Shown piece after piece: positions 19,550-28,838 of a stretch of 64,000 nt of DNA. The stretch lies in assembly GCA_965248835.1 (NCBI GenBank), contig CBDFLJ010000002.1:2144001-2208000 (forward strand). The letters are read 5' to 3'. How positions within the stretch are numbered: position 1 is the first letter of the stretch; the number at the start of each line of letters is the position of its first letter. This DNA is from Alphaproteobacteria bacterium (GTDB lineage: Bacteria > Pseudomonadota > Alphaproteobacteria > MPNO01). The position numbers and the translations under genes were made by a program. Below the pieces are notes generated by a model, which had not been told where the DNA came from, made no database searches, and saw only the letters and a program-made list of their open reading frames with translations.

Positions 19550-20083
19550 CTACCCGCCCGCCGGGACCGCATCGATCAGGATGAAGGCGATGCGGCAGGC
19601 GGCGGTGCCGCGGTTCACCCAGGCGTGGTTGGTGCCGCGCTGGATGATGACGTCGCCGGCCGTGCAGTGGACTTCGGAATCATCGAGCAGCATGTCGATC
19701 TCGCCGGACAGGATGATCGCGTAGTCGATCGAATCGGTGCGATGCATGAACGGATGCCGGTTGGCCACGTCCTCGGCCGGCTTGGCGCCCAGCGCGGAGG
19801 CGAGAGCGCTGTGGTCCAGCCCTTCGATCTCCGCACCCACCGGCTCGAACTCGACGATGCGAAAGACCGAGCCGTTGGCCGGCGGCGGGGTGACGATCTC
19901 GCCCACCACCGGATCGTCATCGCCGCTGTTGTCGGCCGGTGTGGCGAAGGTCCGCCAAAGCTGGGTCGAGGCCAGCCTGCCGACACCCCTGACCAGCACG
20001 TTGGGTGCCGGCCCATCGCGAAGCACCACGGCTTTCCCCGCCGCGTCGTGCCCGGTGACGATCCGCCGAACGCTTTGCGCCAT
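19550..20083 (-). CDS. Cupin domain protein
   Basis: VRRIVTGHD..GKAV, MHRTDSIDY and GDVIIQRGTNHAWVN motifs. Confidence 0.9.
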   Translation of the reverse strand: MAQSVRRIVTGHDAAGKAVVLRDGPAPNVLVRGVGRLASTQLWRTFATPADNSGDDDPVVGEIVTPPPANGSVFRIVEFEPVGAEIEGLDHSALASALGAKPAEDVANRHPFMHRTDSIDYAIILSGEIDMLLDDSEVHCTAGDVIIQRGTNHAWVNRGTAACRIAFILIDAVPAGG

Positions 20084-20153
20084 CGCATCGTCCTCCCTTT
20101 GATCGGCCGTCTCGGCGCCGGCGCCAATTAATCCGGCGGCGTGCTCCGCCGCC

Positions 20154-21623
20154 TCACACGTACAGATGCGGCCACTTGGTGCGGACCTGCTCCTTCAATT
20201 CCGGGCTCGCCTCGGCGACTTGCGGGAACTCGTCCTTCCAGCCATAGGGGCGGCATGCGTCCACGATGGCGCGGTTGTTGTGATAGGGAGGCTCGCGCAA
20301 CAACGGGTCGAGCGGGGTCGACCAGGCGCGCTTGATGAACTGGATATCCTCGGGCGGGTCGCAGCGCGTCGACATGGCCCAGATGACGTCGAACATGTTC
20401 GACGGGTCGATGTCATCATCGACCACCACGACCCAGCGGCCGGCGTAGTTGCCGGCGTGACAGTTGGCCGCCAGCATCGCGGCCTGGCTGGCGTGGCCGG
20501 GGTACATCTGGCGGATCGCGACCACGTTGAACAGCCGCCCCGCGCCGGCTTCGTGGCACCAGACGCCGGCGACGCCCGGCAGCCCGGCCTTCTCGATCTC
20601 CTCCCAGATCATCGCCGATTTCACCGTCGCCCGGGCGAAGGTGAAATTCTCCGGCGGGCGCGAAGGAATGGCAAGCGTGAGGATGGGATCGTTGCGGTGA
20701 TAGACGCGCTCGACGCGGACCACCGGCTGTTCGGAGGCGTTGGAGGCGTAATAGCCCATGAACTCGCCGAACGGCCCCTCCTCGCGGGTCTCGTCGGGCA
20801 TCATGACACCCTCGATCACCACCTCGGCATGCGCCGGCATCGGCAAGCCGTGGACCTCCGAGGCGACGACCGGGATCGGCCGGCCGCGCAAGCCGCCGGC
20901 ATAGGCCAGCTCGTTCACCCCGATGTCGATCTCCTGGTGGGCGGTGATGAACAGCAGCGGGTCCTGGCCGCAGCAGATCAGGACCGGGCAAGGCTCGCCC
21001 CGGTCGAAATATTTCTGACGGATGAACCGTCCATGCTTGCCGGGCGACATCCACACGGCCACGGTCCGCGCGTCATGGACCATCACCCGATAGGTTGCCG
21101 AATTGACCCAGCCGGTGTCGGGATCGCGCATGATCACCAGGTCGTCGGTGCCGATATAGCGCCCGCCGTCATGCTCGTGGACGAACGGCACCGGGAACGT
21201 CCAGACGTCGATGTCCTCGCCGCGCTGGACGTTCTCCAAGATCGGCCCGGTCGCGACCTCGACCGGTGGTATCACCTCGAAGTCGGTGCGCATGCGCTCG
21301 CGGTAGGCCTTGACCAGGTCGAGCTCATGGCGCGGCTCGGGCAGGCCGAGGACGACGGCGAGCCGGCGATAGGCGTTGGCCCCGCCGGCTAGGACCCGGA
21401 AGCCTTCCGGATAGCCCTTGATGTTGTCGAACAGGACCGCCGGGGCACGGCCCGGATTGCGTGCAGCCACGGTCTCGGCGACCGCACCGATTTCGAGGTT
21501 CCAGTCCGCGCCCTCGATACGCTCAACCTCGCCCATTTCCTCGAACAGCGCCAGCAGCTCGCGCAAGCCTTCGTAGCCCTGGTTCGGCGTGGCGAGCCGG
21601 GACCTGGCGGTGTCCTCGGCCAT
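20154..21623 (-). CDS. UbiD family (prFMN-dependent) decarboxylase
   Basis: PAVLFDNIKGYP, HEHDGGRYIGT, EGPFGEFMGYY and VVVVDDDIDP motifs. Confidence 0.93.
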   Translation of the reverse strand: MAEDTARSRLATPNQGYEGLRELLALFEEMGEVERIEGADWNLEIGAVAETVAARNPGRAPAVLFDNIKGYPEGFRVLAGGANAYRRLAVVLGLPEPRHELDLVKAYRERMRTDFEVIPPVEVATGPILENVQRGEDIDVWTFPVPFVHEHDGGRYIGTDDLVIMRDPDTGWVNSATYRVMVHDARTVAVWMSPGKHGRFIRQKYFDRGEPCPVLICCGQDPLLFITAHQEIDIGVNELAYAGGLRGRPIPVVASEVHGLPMPAHAEVVIEGVMMPDETREEGPFGEFMGYYASNASEQPVVRVERVYHRNDPILTLAIPSRPPENFTFARATVKSAMIWEEIEKAGLPGVAGVWCHEAGAGRLFNVVAIRQMYPGHASQAAMLAANCHAGNYAGRWVVVVDDDIDPSNMFDVIWAMSTRCDPPEDIQFIKRAWSTPLDPLLREPPYHNNRAIVDACRPYGWKDEFPQVAEASPELKEQVRTKWPHLYV

Positions 21624-21630
21624 GGCGACC

Positions 21631-22869
21631 CTATTCGGCGGCCGCGCGCGCGCCGAGTTGCGGGGCGAGCTTGAACAGCCGGTTCGCGTTGCCGCCCAGA
21701 ATGTTGCGCTTGGCCGTCTCGTCGAGCCACGGGATGTTCCAGATAGTGGACGGCCCGTCGAAGTCCCAGTGCGGCCAGTCCGAGGCGTAGAGGAGCTGGG
21801 TCTCTGCGTTGATCGCCTCGAACGTCGCGCGCATCAGCTTCTGGTCGCGGGTCTCCATCGGCTGGGAGGTGAAGTACATCTCGCGGATGTACTCGCTCGG
21901 CGGGCGCTTGAGCATCGGCGCCTCCGAGGAGCGCATGAAGTACTCGTTGTCCAACCGCTGCATGATGAACGGCACCCAAGCCAGCCCGCTCTCGATCCAT
22001 ATCACCGGCAGGTTGGGGAACCGCTCGGGCAGCCCTTGGAGCACGTAGTTGGTCATGTGCACCAGGTTCGACAGCACGAAGGAGATCGCGTGCACGCCGA
22101 TGAACCGGTCGATCTGGCGTGTCCATTCGTCGTGCCAGGTCGGGCCTGCGTGGAAGCCCAGCGGCATGCCGCGCTCCTCGATCGCGGCATAGACCTTCAT
22201 GTACTGGTTGTGGTGGACCGGCTTGTGACGGACCGAGGTGATGTTGAACCCGACCACGCCCGGCTTGTCGGCGAACTCCTCGACCGTCTTGAGCGAGGCC
22301 TCGGCATCGCTGAACGGCAGGTAGATCATCGTGGTTACGCCGGGATCGCCGGGCAGCACTTCCTGGGTGAGCCAGCGGTTGTAGGCGAACGCGAGCGCGA
22401 CCTCCATATCCGGGTTGGGATGCAGCCCGAGCTGCAGCATCGGCGTGGGGAAGACGACCTGGTAGTCGATGCCCAAAGCCTCCATCGCGCGGCGGGCGAT
22501 AACCACGTCGCGGTGCGCACCGCTATCGTCGGACGGCTCCCGCGTGCCGCCGCCCGAATGCGGAATCCGCCCGGCAACGTTCTGAAAGTTGAGCCCCGGC
22601 TGGACCGGCAGCAGGCCGCCCGGGTTGGTACCGTCGGGCCGCTCGAAGCTTTGGGCCAGATGGCGCAGCACCGGATCCTCGATGTATTCGACGATGCGCG
22701 CCCAGGAGGTGTTCTCGAAATGATGCGCATCGACATCGATGATCAGGTAATCCTCCAGCCGGTTCTCGCGCTTGTAGCGCGCGGCATGGGCCAGCACATC
22801 GGTGGTCGATGTCGTCGGATCCATCTCTTTGATGTCGATTTCGCGGGGCACGTCGAAGCTGTCGGTCAT
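21631..22869 (-). CDS. Amidohydrolase family protein
   Basis: Start MTDSFDVPRE with AGGAG RBS; IDVDAHHFE, LGFHAG, IESGLAW and LYASDWPHWDFD motifs. Confidence 0.9.
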   Translation of the reverse strand: MTDSFDVPREIDIKEMDPTTSTTDVLAHAARYKRENRLEDYLIIDVDAHHFENTSWARIVEYIEDPVLRHLAQSFERPDGTNPGGLLPVQPGLNFQNVAGRIPHSGGGTREPSDDSGAHRDVVIARRAMEALGIDYQVVFPTPMLQLGLHPNPDMEVALAFAYNRWLTQEVLPGDPGVTTMIYLPFSDAEASLKTVEEFADKPGVVGFNITSVRHKPVHHNQYMKVYAAIEERGMPLGFHAGPTWHDEWTRQIDRFIGVHAISFVLSNLVHMTNYVLQGLPERFPNLPVIWIESGLAWVPFIMQRLDNEYFMRSSEAPMLKRPPSEYIREMYFTSQPMETRDQKLMRATFEAINAETQLLYASDWPHWDFDGPSTIWNIPWLDETAKRNILGGNANRLFKLAPQLGARAAAE

Positions 22870-22906
22870 TGCGCCGTCTCCTGATCCTCTCGCCGGTGTT
22901 GTCTCA

Positions 22907-22915
22907 ATTATAGCA
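22907..22915 (-). promoter_or_regulatory. Extended -10 promoter element TGcTATAAT
   Basis: The minus strand reads GTGCTATAATTGAG, about 38 nt upstream of the amidohydrolase ATG; a perfect consensus in GC-rich DNA; no -35 at canonical spacing. Confidence 0.55.
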
Positions 22916-22921
22916 CGTCGC

Positions 22922-24361
22922 TCAGGGCAAGCGTATGCCAACGAACTTGAGCTGGGAAAGTTCTTCCATCGCGTAGCGCACGCCCTCGCGGCCGAACCCG
23001 CTGCGCCCGACCCCGCCGAACGGATAGGTGTCGAGCCGGAAGCGGCTGCCCTCGTTGATCCACAGCGAGCCGACCTCGAGCTCCTCGGCCACGCGGAAGG
23101 CAACCGAAAGATCGTTGGTGAAACACGCGCCCTGGAGGCCGAACTCGGAATCGTTTGCGATCGCCAGCGCGTGATCGAGCCCATGGGCGGTGATCACCAC
23201 TGCGACCGGCCCGAACGCCTCCTCGTGCATCAGCCTAGCATCGGCCGGCGGATCGACGACGATCGCAGGTCCCAGGATCGCGTCCTCGCGGGTGGGAGCG
23301 AGCGCAAGCCGGCCGCCCTTGTCCACCGCATCGTCGATCATCGCCTGGACGCGGTCGGCCGCCGCCGCACTCACCATCGGGCCGACAGCGGTCGCCTCGT
23401 CCGCCGCCTCGCCTACGACCAGCTTCCGCGCGGCGGCAACGAACAGCGGCACGAAGTCATCGACGACCGTGCTGTCGACGATGATGCGCTGGGCGGAGAT
23501 GCATTGCTGGCCCGACGCCTCGAAGGCGGAGCCCGCGATCCGGACGGCCGCATCCTCGAGATCGGCATCGGCACAGACTAGGTTGGCCGCGTTCGAGCCC
23601 AGCTCGGCGACGAATTTCTTGGCGCCCGCCGCCCGCGCCAGGGCGTCGCCGGCCGCGGTCCCGCCAGTGAAGGTCACCGCAGCGACGCCGGGGTGGGCGG
23701 CGAGTGCCGCCGCGGTCTCGCGGTTGCCGGGCACGACGTTGAACAGCCCGTCCGGCAGGCCCGCGCGCTGGAAGGCGCGCGCGATGATCAGCGCGGTCTC
23801 CACGCCCTGCGGAGCCGGCTTGACGACCACCGCATTGCCCATCGCGAGCGCCGGCGCGACCTTCTGGACCAGCAGGTTGGCCGGCGCGTTGAACGGCGTG
23901 ATCGCGCCGATCACGCCGTAGGGCACCCGTCTGGTGAACCCGTGCCTGCCGGCGCCCTGGGCCGAGACGTCGAGCGGCAGGGTCTCGCCGCGGAGCGCGC
24001 CGATCTCGGCGGCGACCAAGCGGACGAAGGCGGCCGAGCGGTTGGCCTCGAACGTCGCGGGTCGGACCGGCTTGCCGATATCGCGGATCAGCGCGGTCAC
24101 GATCGCCTGCCGCTCGGCCTCGATCTCTGCGGCTGCCTTGTCGAGCCAGACCGCGCGTGTCGCCGCCGGCGTCCTGCGGTGTTCGGCAAAGGCGGCCTGC
24201 GCGCTCCTGACCGCGGCATCGACGACGGCTTCATCGGCATCGACGATCCGCGAGGCGATGCTGCCGTCGACCGGGGAGATCAACTCGTAGCGCGCCCGCC
24301 CCTCGCCCGCGTCCTCGCGCCCGTCGATCCAGGGATCCAGCAATGCCACGTCGTCGGTCAT
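22922..24361 (-). CDS. Aldehyde dehydrogenase family protein
   Basis: AITPFNAP, FTGGT, ELGSN (catalytic Glu), SGQQCIS (catalytic Cys), EEAFGPV and PFGGVGRSGFGREG motifs. Confidence 0.95.
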   Translation of the reverse strand: MTDDVALLDPWIDGREDAGEGRARYELISPVDGSIASRIVDADEAVVDAAVRSAQAAFAEHRRTPAATRAVWLDKAAAEIEAERQAIVTALIRDIGKPVRPATFEANRSAAFVRLVAAEIGALRGETLPLDVSAQGAGRHGFTRRVPYGVIGAITPFNAPANLLVQKVAPALAMGNAVVVKPAPQGVETALIIARAFQRAGLPDGLFNVVPGNRETAAALAAHPGVAAVTFTGGTAAGDALARAAGAKKFVAELGSNAANLVCADADLEDAAVRIAGSAFEASGQQCISAQRIIVDSTVVDDFVPLFVAAARKLVVGEAADEATAVGPMVSAAAADRVQAMIDDAVDKGGRLALAPTREDAILGPAIVVDPPADARLMHEEAFGPVAVVITAHGLDHALAIANDSEFGLQGACFTNDLSVAFRVAEELEVGSLWINEGSRFRLDTYPFGGVGRSGFGREGVRYAMEELSQLKFVGIRLP

Positions 24362-24457
24362 CTTATCCCTCCCGCGTTTACCGGCAAACTATCGGCCCAG
24401 TGTAGGCAGAGGCAACCGGGTCTTCTAATCTTTGCGGCGGCAACCCGGAGACGCGCG

Positions 24458-25450
24458 ATGTCGAAACTGCAGATCAGCCTGGCGTGCTGCGACTACGACC
24501 GGACACGGGCGCTGTTCGACGGGCGGGTGGGGATCGAGGGTTGCGAGGTGATCGCCACGCCGATGCACCCCGAGGAGGCTTTCCACCGGGCCTTCAGCTA
24601 TCAGGAGTTCGACGTCACCGAGCTGTCGCTGTCTTCGACCATGATGACCACCGCGCGCGGCGAATGCCCCTATGTCGGCGTGCCGGCGTTCGTCTCGCGG
24701 CTGTTCCGCCACTCTTCGATCTACATCCGCACCGACCGCGGGATCACCGAGCCGGCCGACCTCAAGGGACGGTTGGTGGGCTTGCCGGAATACCAGATGA
24801 CCGCCTGCCTGTGGGTGCGCGGCATCCTGGAAGACGAATACGGCGTGAAGCCTTCCGACATACGCTGGCGCAACGGCGGGCTCGAGGAGGCCGGCCGCAA
24901 GGAGCGCTCGCGCCTGACGCTGTCCGAAGGGGTGGAGCTCGAAAGCATCCCGGCGGACCAGACGCTGTCGCAATGGCTGGTCGAGGGCAAGATCGATGCC
25001 CTGGTCACCGCCCGGGCGCCGTCGTGCTTCATGACGGGCGCGCCGAATATCGGCCGGCTGTTCGCGAACTATCCGGCGGTCGAGCGCGCCTATTACGAGA
25101 AGACCGGGCTGTTCCCGATCATGCACATCATCGGCATCCGCAAGGCGCTCTACGAGCGCCATCCCTGGCTGGCGGTGAACGTCTACAACGCCTTCGTCGA
25201 GGCGAAGCGGCTGTGCTACGAGGCCATGGGCGAGATCGGCCACCTGCAGACCAGCCTGCCCTGGCCGGTGGCGGCCTACGACGAGGCGCGCGCGCTGATG
25301 GGCGAGGATTTGTGGAGCTACGGCATCGAACCCAACGTCGGCGAGATCGAGACGGTGACGCGCTATTCCTACGACCAGGGCCTGGCGCAGAGGAAGCTCG
25401 CGCCCGAGGAGCTGTTCGCTCCGTCGACATTCGAGATCTCCAAGATCTGA
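24458..25450 (+). CDS. 4,5-dihydroxyphthalate decarboxylase-like protein (periplasmic-binding-protein fold)
   Basis: Start MSKLQISLACCDYDRT; FDVTELSLS, SRLFRHSSIY, VGLPEYQMTA and FPIMH motifs; no signal peptide. Confidence 0.85.
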   Translation: MSKLQISLACCDYDRTRALFDGRVGIEGCEVIATPMHPEEAFHRAFSYQEFDVTELSLSSTMMTTARGECPYVGVPAFVSRLFRHSSIYIRTDRGITEPADLKGRLVGLPEYQMTACLWVRGILEDEYGVKPSDIRWRNGGLEEAGRKERSRLTLSEGVELESIPADQTLSQWLVEGKIDALVTARAPSCFMTGAPNIGRLFANYPAVERAYYEKTGLFPIMHIIGIRKALYERHPWLAVNVYNAFVEAKRLCYEAMGEIGHLQTSLPWPVAAYDEARALMGEDLWSYGIEPNVGEIETVTRYSYDQGLAQRKLAPEELFAPSTFEISKI

Positions 25451-25466
25451 GCAAGGAGAGGCCGCC

Positions 25467-27188
25467 ATGGCCGACAGCGGGCGCAGCAACACCCAGAGCG
25501 CCGCCGAGGCGATCGTCGATGCCCTGATCGAGGAAGGGGTCGAGCACGTCTTCGGCGTGACCGGCGACACGGTGCTTCCGATCCTCGATGCGATCTATCA
25601 CCGCCAGGACCGGATCAAGTACATCACCGCGCGGTTCGAGACCGGGGCGACCGCGATGGCCGACGGCTATTCGCGGGTGACCGGCAGGATCGGCTGCTGC
25701 CTGTTCCATGTCGGACCCAGCATCTCCAACACGGTCCTTGGGGTCTGGTCGGCCCAGAAGGATGCCGTGCCGCTCCTGGTGATGTCGGCCAATCTCGATA
25801 CCTTCCGGCTGAACCGCAACCTGTGGCACGAGTTCGACGTCATGGGAGTGATGAGCAAGATCACCAAGTGGAACGATCAGCTCGTCGAGCCCAAGGATGT
25901 CCCGCGGCTGATGCGCACGGCCTTCCAGGCGGCGAAATCCGGCATGCCGGGCCCGGTCCATCTCGATTTTCCCAAGGACCTCCTGGCCAGGCCGGTGGCG
26001 GTCGAGACCAGCGACGTCTCGGTCCGCGGCGGCGCGCATTCCGGGCGCCTCGCCAACGCGCCGCGCCCGGAAGCCTGGGCGGTCGAAGAAGCCGCCCGGC
26101 TGATCCAGGCGGCATCCCGGCCGGTGATCCTGGCCGGGCGCGGGGTGAAATGGGCCGGCGCGGGCGAAGCGCTCACCGCCCTTGCCGAACGGCTTGCGAT
26201 ACCGGTGATCACCACCGAGATGGGCCGCGGCGCGATCCCGGAGGACCATCGGCTCGCCGGCGGCATTGCCGGCCATTTCGGCCATTCGACAGCCAACGCG
26301 CTGCTCCGCGAGGCCGATCTGGTACTCGGCCTGGGCGCGCGCTTCCTCAATGTCAACACCATCAACTGGACGCTGATCGCCGAAGAGGCGCAGATCATCC
26401 AGGTCGAGAACGACCCGATCGAGATCGGCCGGCAATACGCGGTCGCGCTCGGCATCCACGCCGATTCGGGCAGCTTCCTCGCCGACCTCGCGGCGTGGTG
26501 CGCGGACCAGGGTATTGCAGCCGCGGCAACCGTCTCGCAGGCGCGGGTTGCGCGCGTGGCCGAACTCCGGGCAGACCAGGACCGGCGCTACTACGACACC
26601 GACCTCGATGCCGTGCCGATCAAGCCGCAGCGCATCACCCGCGCGATCGAGGAGGCGTGCGATCCCGACGCGCTCTATTTGATCGGGGCCGGGCTGCATA
26701 CCCAGTTCGCCCATGGGCTCCGGATCCGCCGGCCCGATCAGTACCAGTGGGCGGCGGGCTCGGGCACGATGGCCTGGGCGTTTCCGGCGGCGTTGGGCGC
26801 GAAGCTCGCACTGCCGGACCGCCAGGTGGTCGTGCCCATCGGCGACGGCGATTTCGGCATGAACGCCCAGGAGATCGAGACCTCGGTCCGCGAGAAGCTG
26901 CCGGTGATCGTGGTGGTCTACAACGACTGCAGCTACGGCGCGCTCCGGGTCTTTCAGAACGCCGTCTACGGTGCGCGCTATATCGGCTCCCACTACGGCG
27001 CGACCGATCTGGTGAAGCTCGCCGAGGCCTATGGCGCACGCGGCGAACGGATCGAAGACCCGGGCGATCTGGTGGGGGCGCTGAGGCGCGCGGCCGATGC
27101 GGAGGTAACCAGCGTGATCGATGTCCAGATCGACGGCTGGGAAGACCACTACCGCGCGGCCGAATGGGCCGAGTTCCACAAGTTCTGA
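25467..27188 (+). CDS. Thiamine pyrophosphate-binding protein (acetolactate synthase-like)
   Basis: RFETGATAMADGY, PGPVHLDFP and the ThDP motif GDGDFGMN...NDCSYG. Confidence 0.92.
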   Translation: MADSGRSNTQSAAEAIVDALIEEGVEHVFGVTGDTVLPILDAIYHRQDRIKYITARFETGATAMADGYSRVTGRIGCCLFHVGPSISNTVLGVWSAQKDAVPLLVMSANLDTFRLNRNLWHEFDVMGVMSKITKWNDQLVEPKDVPRLMRTAFQAAKSGMPGPVHLDFPKDLLARPVAVETSDVSVRGGAHSGRLANAPRPEAWAVEEAARLIQAASRPVILAGRGVKWAGAGEALTALAERLAIPVITTEMGRGAIPEDHRLAGGIAGHFGHSTANALLREADLVLGLGARFLNVNTINWTLIAEEAQIIQVENDPIEIGRQYAVALGIHADSGSFLADLAAWCADQGIAAAATVSQARVARVAELRADQDRRYYDTDLDAVPIKPQRITRAIEEACDPDALYLIGAGLHTQFAHGLRIRRPDQYQWAAGSGTMAWAFPAALGAKLALPDRQVVVPIGDGDFGMNAQEIETSVREKLPVIVVVYNDCSYGALRVFQNAVYGARYIGSHYGATDLVKLAEAYGARGERIEDPGDLVGALRRAADAEVTSVIDVQIDGWEDHYRAAEWAEFHKF

Positions 27189-27197
27189 GGCGCGGAA

Positions 27198-28562
27198 ATG
27201 GCCGATCACGCCGAGGGCCCCGCGGTTACCGCTGCCCTTGCCGAATTCGCGCTGACCAGCCGCGGGGAAAACGTGCCCGAGGCGGTGCGCGCCGAAGCGG
27301 TGCGCACGCTGCTGAATTGGGTCGGCGGCTGCGTCGGCGGTGCGGACAATCCCGCGATCGGATCGATCCTGGCCGGTCTCGGCCCGTTCATGGGCGCACC
27401 CCGGGCGACCGTCCTCGGCAGGGCGGAAAAGGTCGATGCGTTGCACGCGGCGCTGCTCAACGGGGCGTCCTGCAACGTGCTCGACTTCGATGATGCGCAC
27501 CTGCGCACGGTGATCCATCCGGCCGGCCCCGTGGCGCCGGCGATCCTGGCCCTTGCCGAGCACCGCCCGCCGGTGACCGGCGCGGATTTCCTGCACGCGC
27601 TGATCATCGGCATCGAGGTTGAGTGCAAGATCGGCAACGGCATTTCGCCCGAGCATTACGCCCACGGCTGGCATATCACCGGCACCTGCGGGGTGATCGG
27701 GGCTGCGGCCGCCGCCGGGCGGCTGCTGGGGCTCGACCGGATACGTATGCGCTGGGCGCTGAGCACCGCGGCAACCCATGCCGCGGGGTTCCGGGCCATG
27801 TTCGGCGGGATGGGCCGGATCCTCCATTCCGGCCGCGCCGCGCAGAACGGTCTCGCTGCGGCGTTGATGTCCGAGGCCGGGTTGGAGAGCTCCGAGCGCG
27901 CGATCGAGGCATCCGATGGGTTCGCCAACGTGATCTCGCCGCGCCGGGACTGGGCGGCGATGACCGACGGGCTCGGTACGGTCTGGGAGACCGCGGCCAA
28001 CACCTACAAGCCCTATGCCACCGGGATCGTCACACAGGCCGCGATCGATGGCTGCATCAGGCTGCGCGAGGCGCATGGCCTGAAAGCCGGCGACATCGCT
28101 GCGGTCGAGCTCGCGGTCAACCCAATCGCCCTGATGCTGACCGACAATCCGCGGCCGAAGTCGGCGAACGCAGCCCGCCTCAGCCTCCAGCATGTCACCG
28201 CCGCAGGGCTGGTACACGGCAAGGTCGGCGCGGCCGAGATGACCAAAGAGGCTGTCGCCAACCCCGAGACCGCCGCCTTGCGCGCGCGGGTCTCGGCGCT
28301 TGCCGACGACGCCCTGGCACGCGACCAGGCGCGGGTCAGGATCGTGCGCACCGCCGGCGAGGCTTGCGCGTGCGTCGTCGAGCATGCCTATGGCAGCGAA
28401 CAAAATCCGATGAGCGATGCCGACCTCGATGCCAAAGTCCGCGACCTGTGCCTCCCGGTGCTGGGCGCGGAGGCGGCCGAGGCGTTGATCGCGACCTGCC
28501 GCGGCATCGCCGGCCTGGCCTCGGCGGCTTCCGTCGCCGAGGCCGCCCGGCCGGCGCGGTGA
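27198..28562 (+). CDS. MmgE/PrpD family protein
   Basis: LDFDDAH..IHPAGPV, GWHITGTCG, GRAAQNG and YKPY motifs. Confidence 0.9.
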   Translation: MADHAEGPAVTAALAEFALTSRGENVPEAVRAEAVRTLLNWVGGCVGGADNPAIGSILAGLGPFMGAPRATVLGRAEKVDALHAALLNGASCNVLDFDDAHLRTVIHPAGPVAPAILALAEHRPPVTGADFLHALIIGIEVECKIGNGISPEHYAHGWHITGTCGVIGAAAAAGRLLGLDRIRMRWALSTAATHAAGFRAMFGGMGRILHSGRAAQNGLAAALMSEAGLESSERAIEASDGFANVISPRRDWAAMTDGLGTVWETAANTYKPYATGIVTQAAIDGCIRLREAHGLKAGDIAAVELAVNPIALMLTDNPRPKSANAARLSLQHVTAAGLVHGKVGAAEMTKEAVANPETAALRARVSALADDALARDQARVRIVRTAGEACACVVEHAYGSEQNPMSDADLDAKVRDLCLPVLGAEAAEALIATCRGIAGLASAASVAEAARPAR

Positions 28563-28619
28563 AGGAAGCGGTCAATCGCTGCGCCACAGAGAACGGCCGG
28601 TCCCGCTTGCCGACGACGG

Positions 28620-28838
28620 TCAGGGCGCCCTGCCCTTCCGCCGCCGCGCGATGAGCCTCTCGAGCACGATCGCAATCACCCACGCCGCCAGCGGAGCGAT
28701 AAAGATGTATTCGAAAAGCGGGTGCGAGCGGTCGCCCCCGCTCGCCGCGACGACCACGACGAACCAGACGAGCGTGAGTGCGTAGCCGATCTTGTGCCAG
28801 GTCTTGCGGCGGCCTGGCGGGTTGGGCGGTGCGTCAAT
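28620..28838 (-). CDS. Putative 72-aa two-helix membrane protein with probable ATT start
   Basis: Translation IDAPPNPPGRRKTWHKIGYALTLVWFVVVVAASGGDRSHPLFEYIFIAPLAAWVIAIVLERLIARRRKGRAP*; two hydrophobic segments flanked by basic residues; GGAGG 9 nt upstream of the ATT. Confidence 0.55.
   Translation of the reverse strand: MDAPPNPPGRRKTWHKIGYALTLVWFVVVVAASGGDRSHPLFEYIFIAPLAAWVIAIVLERLIARRRKGRAP

Noticed and set aside
25128-28403. Very long antisense ORFs (1091 aa here; also 7916-10594, 44083-46824, 53687-55873 and others)
   Set aside because: They are shadows of real genes on the opposite strand, expected in high-GC DNA with few stop codons; they have no recognisable motifs.
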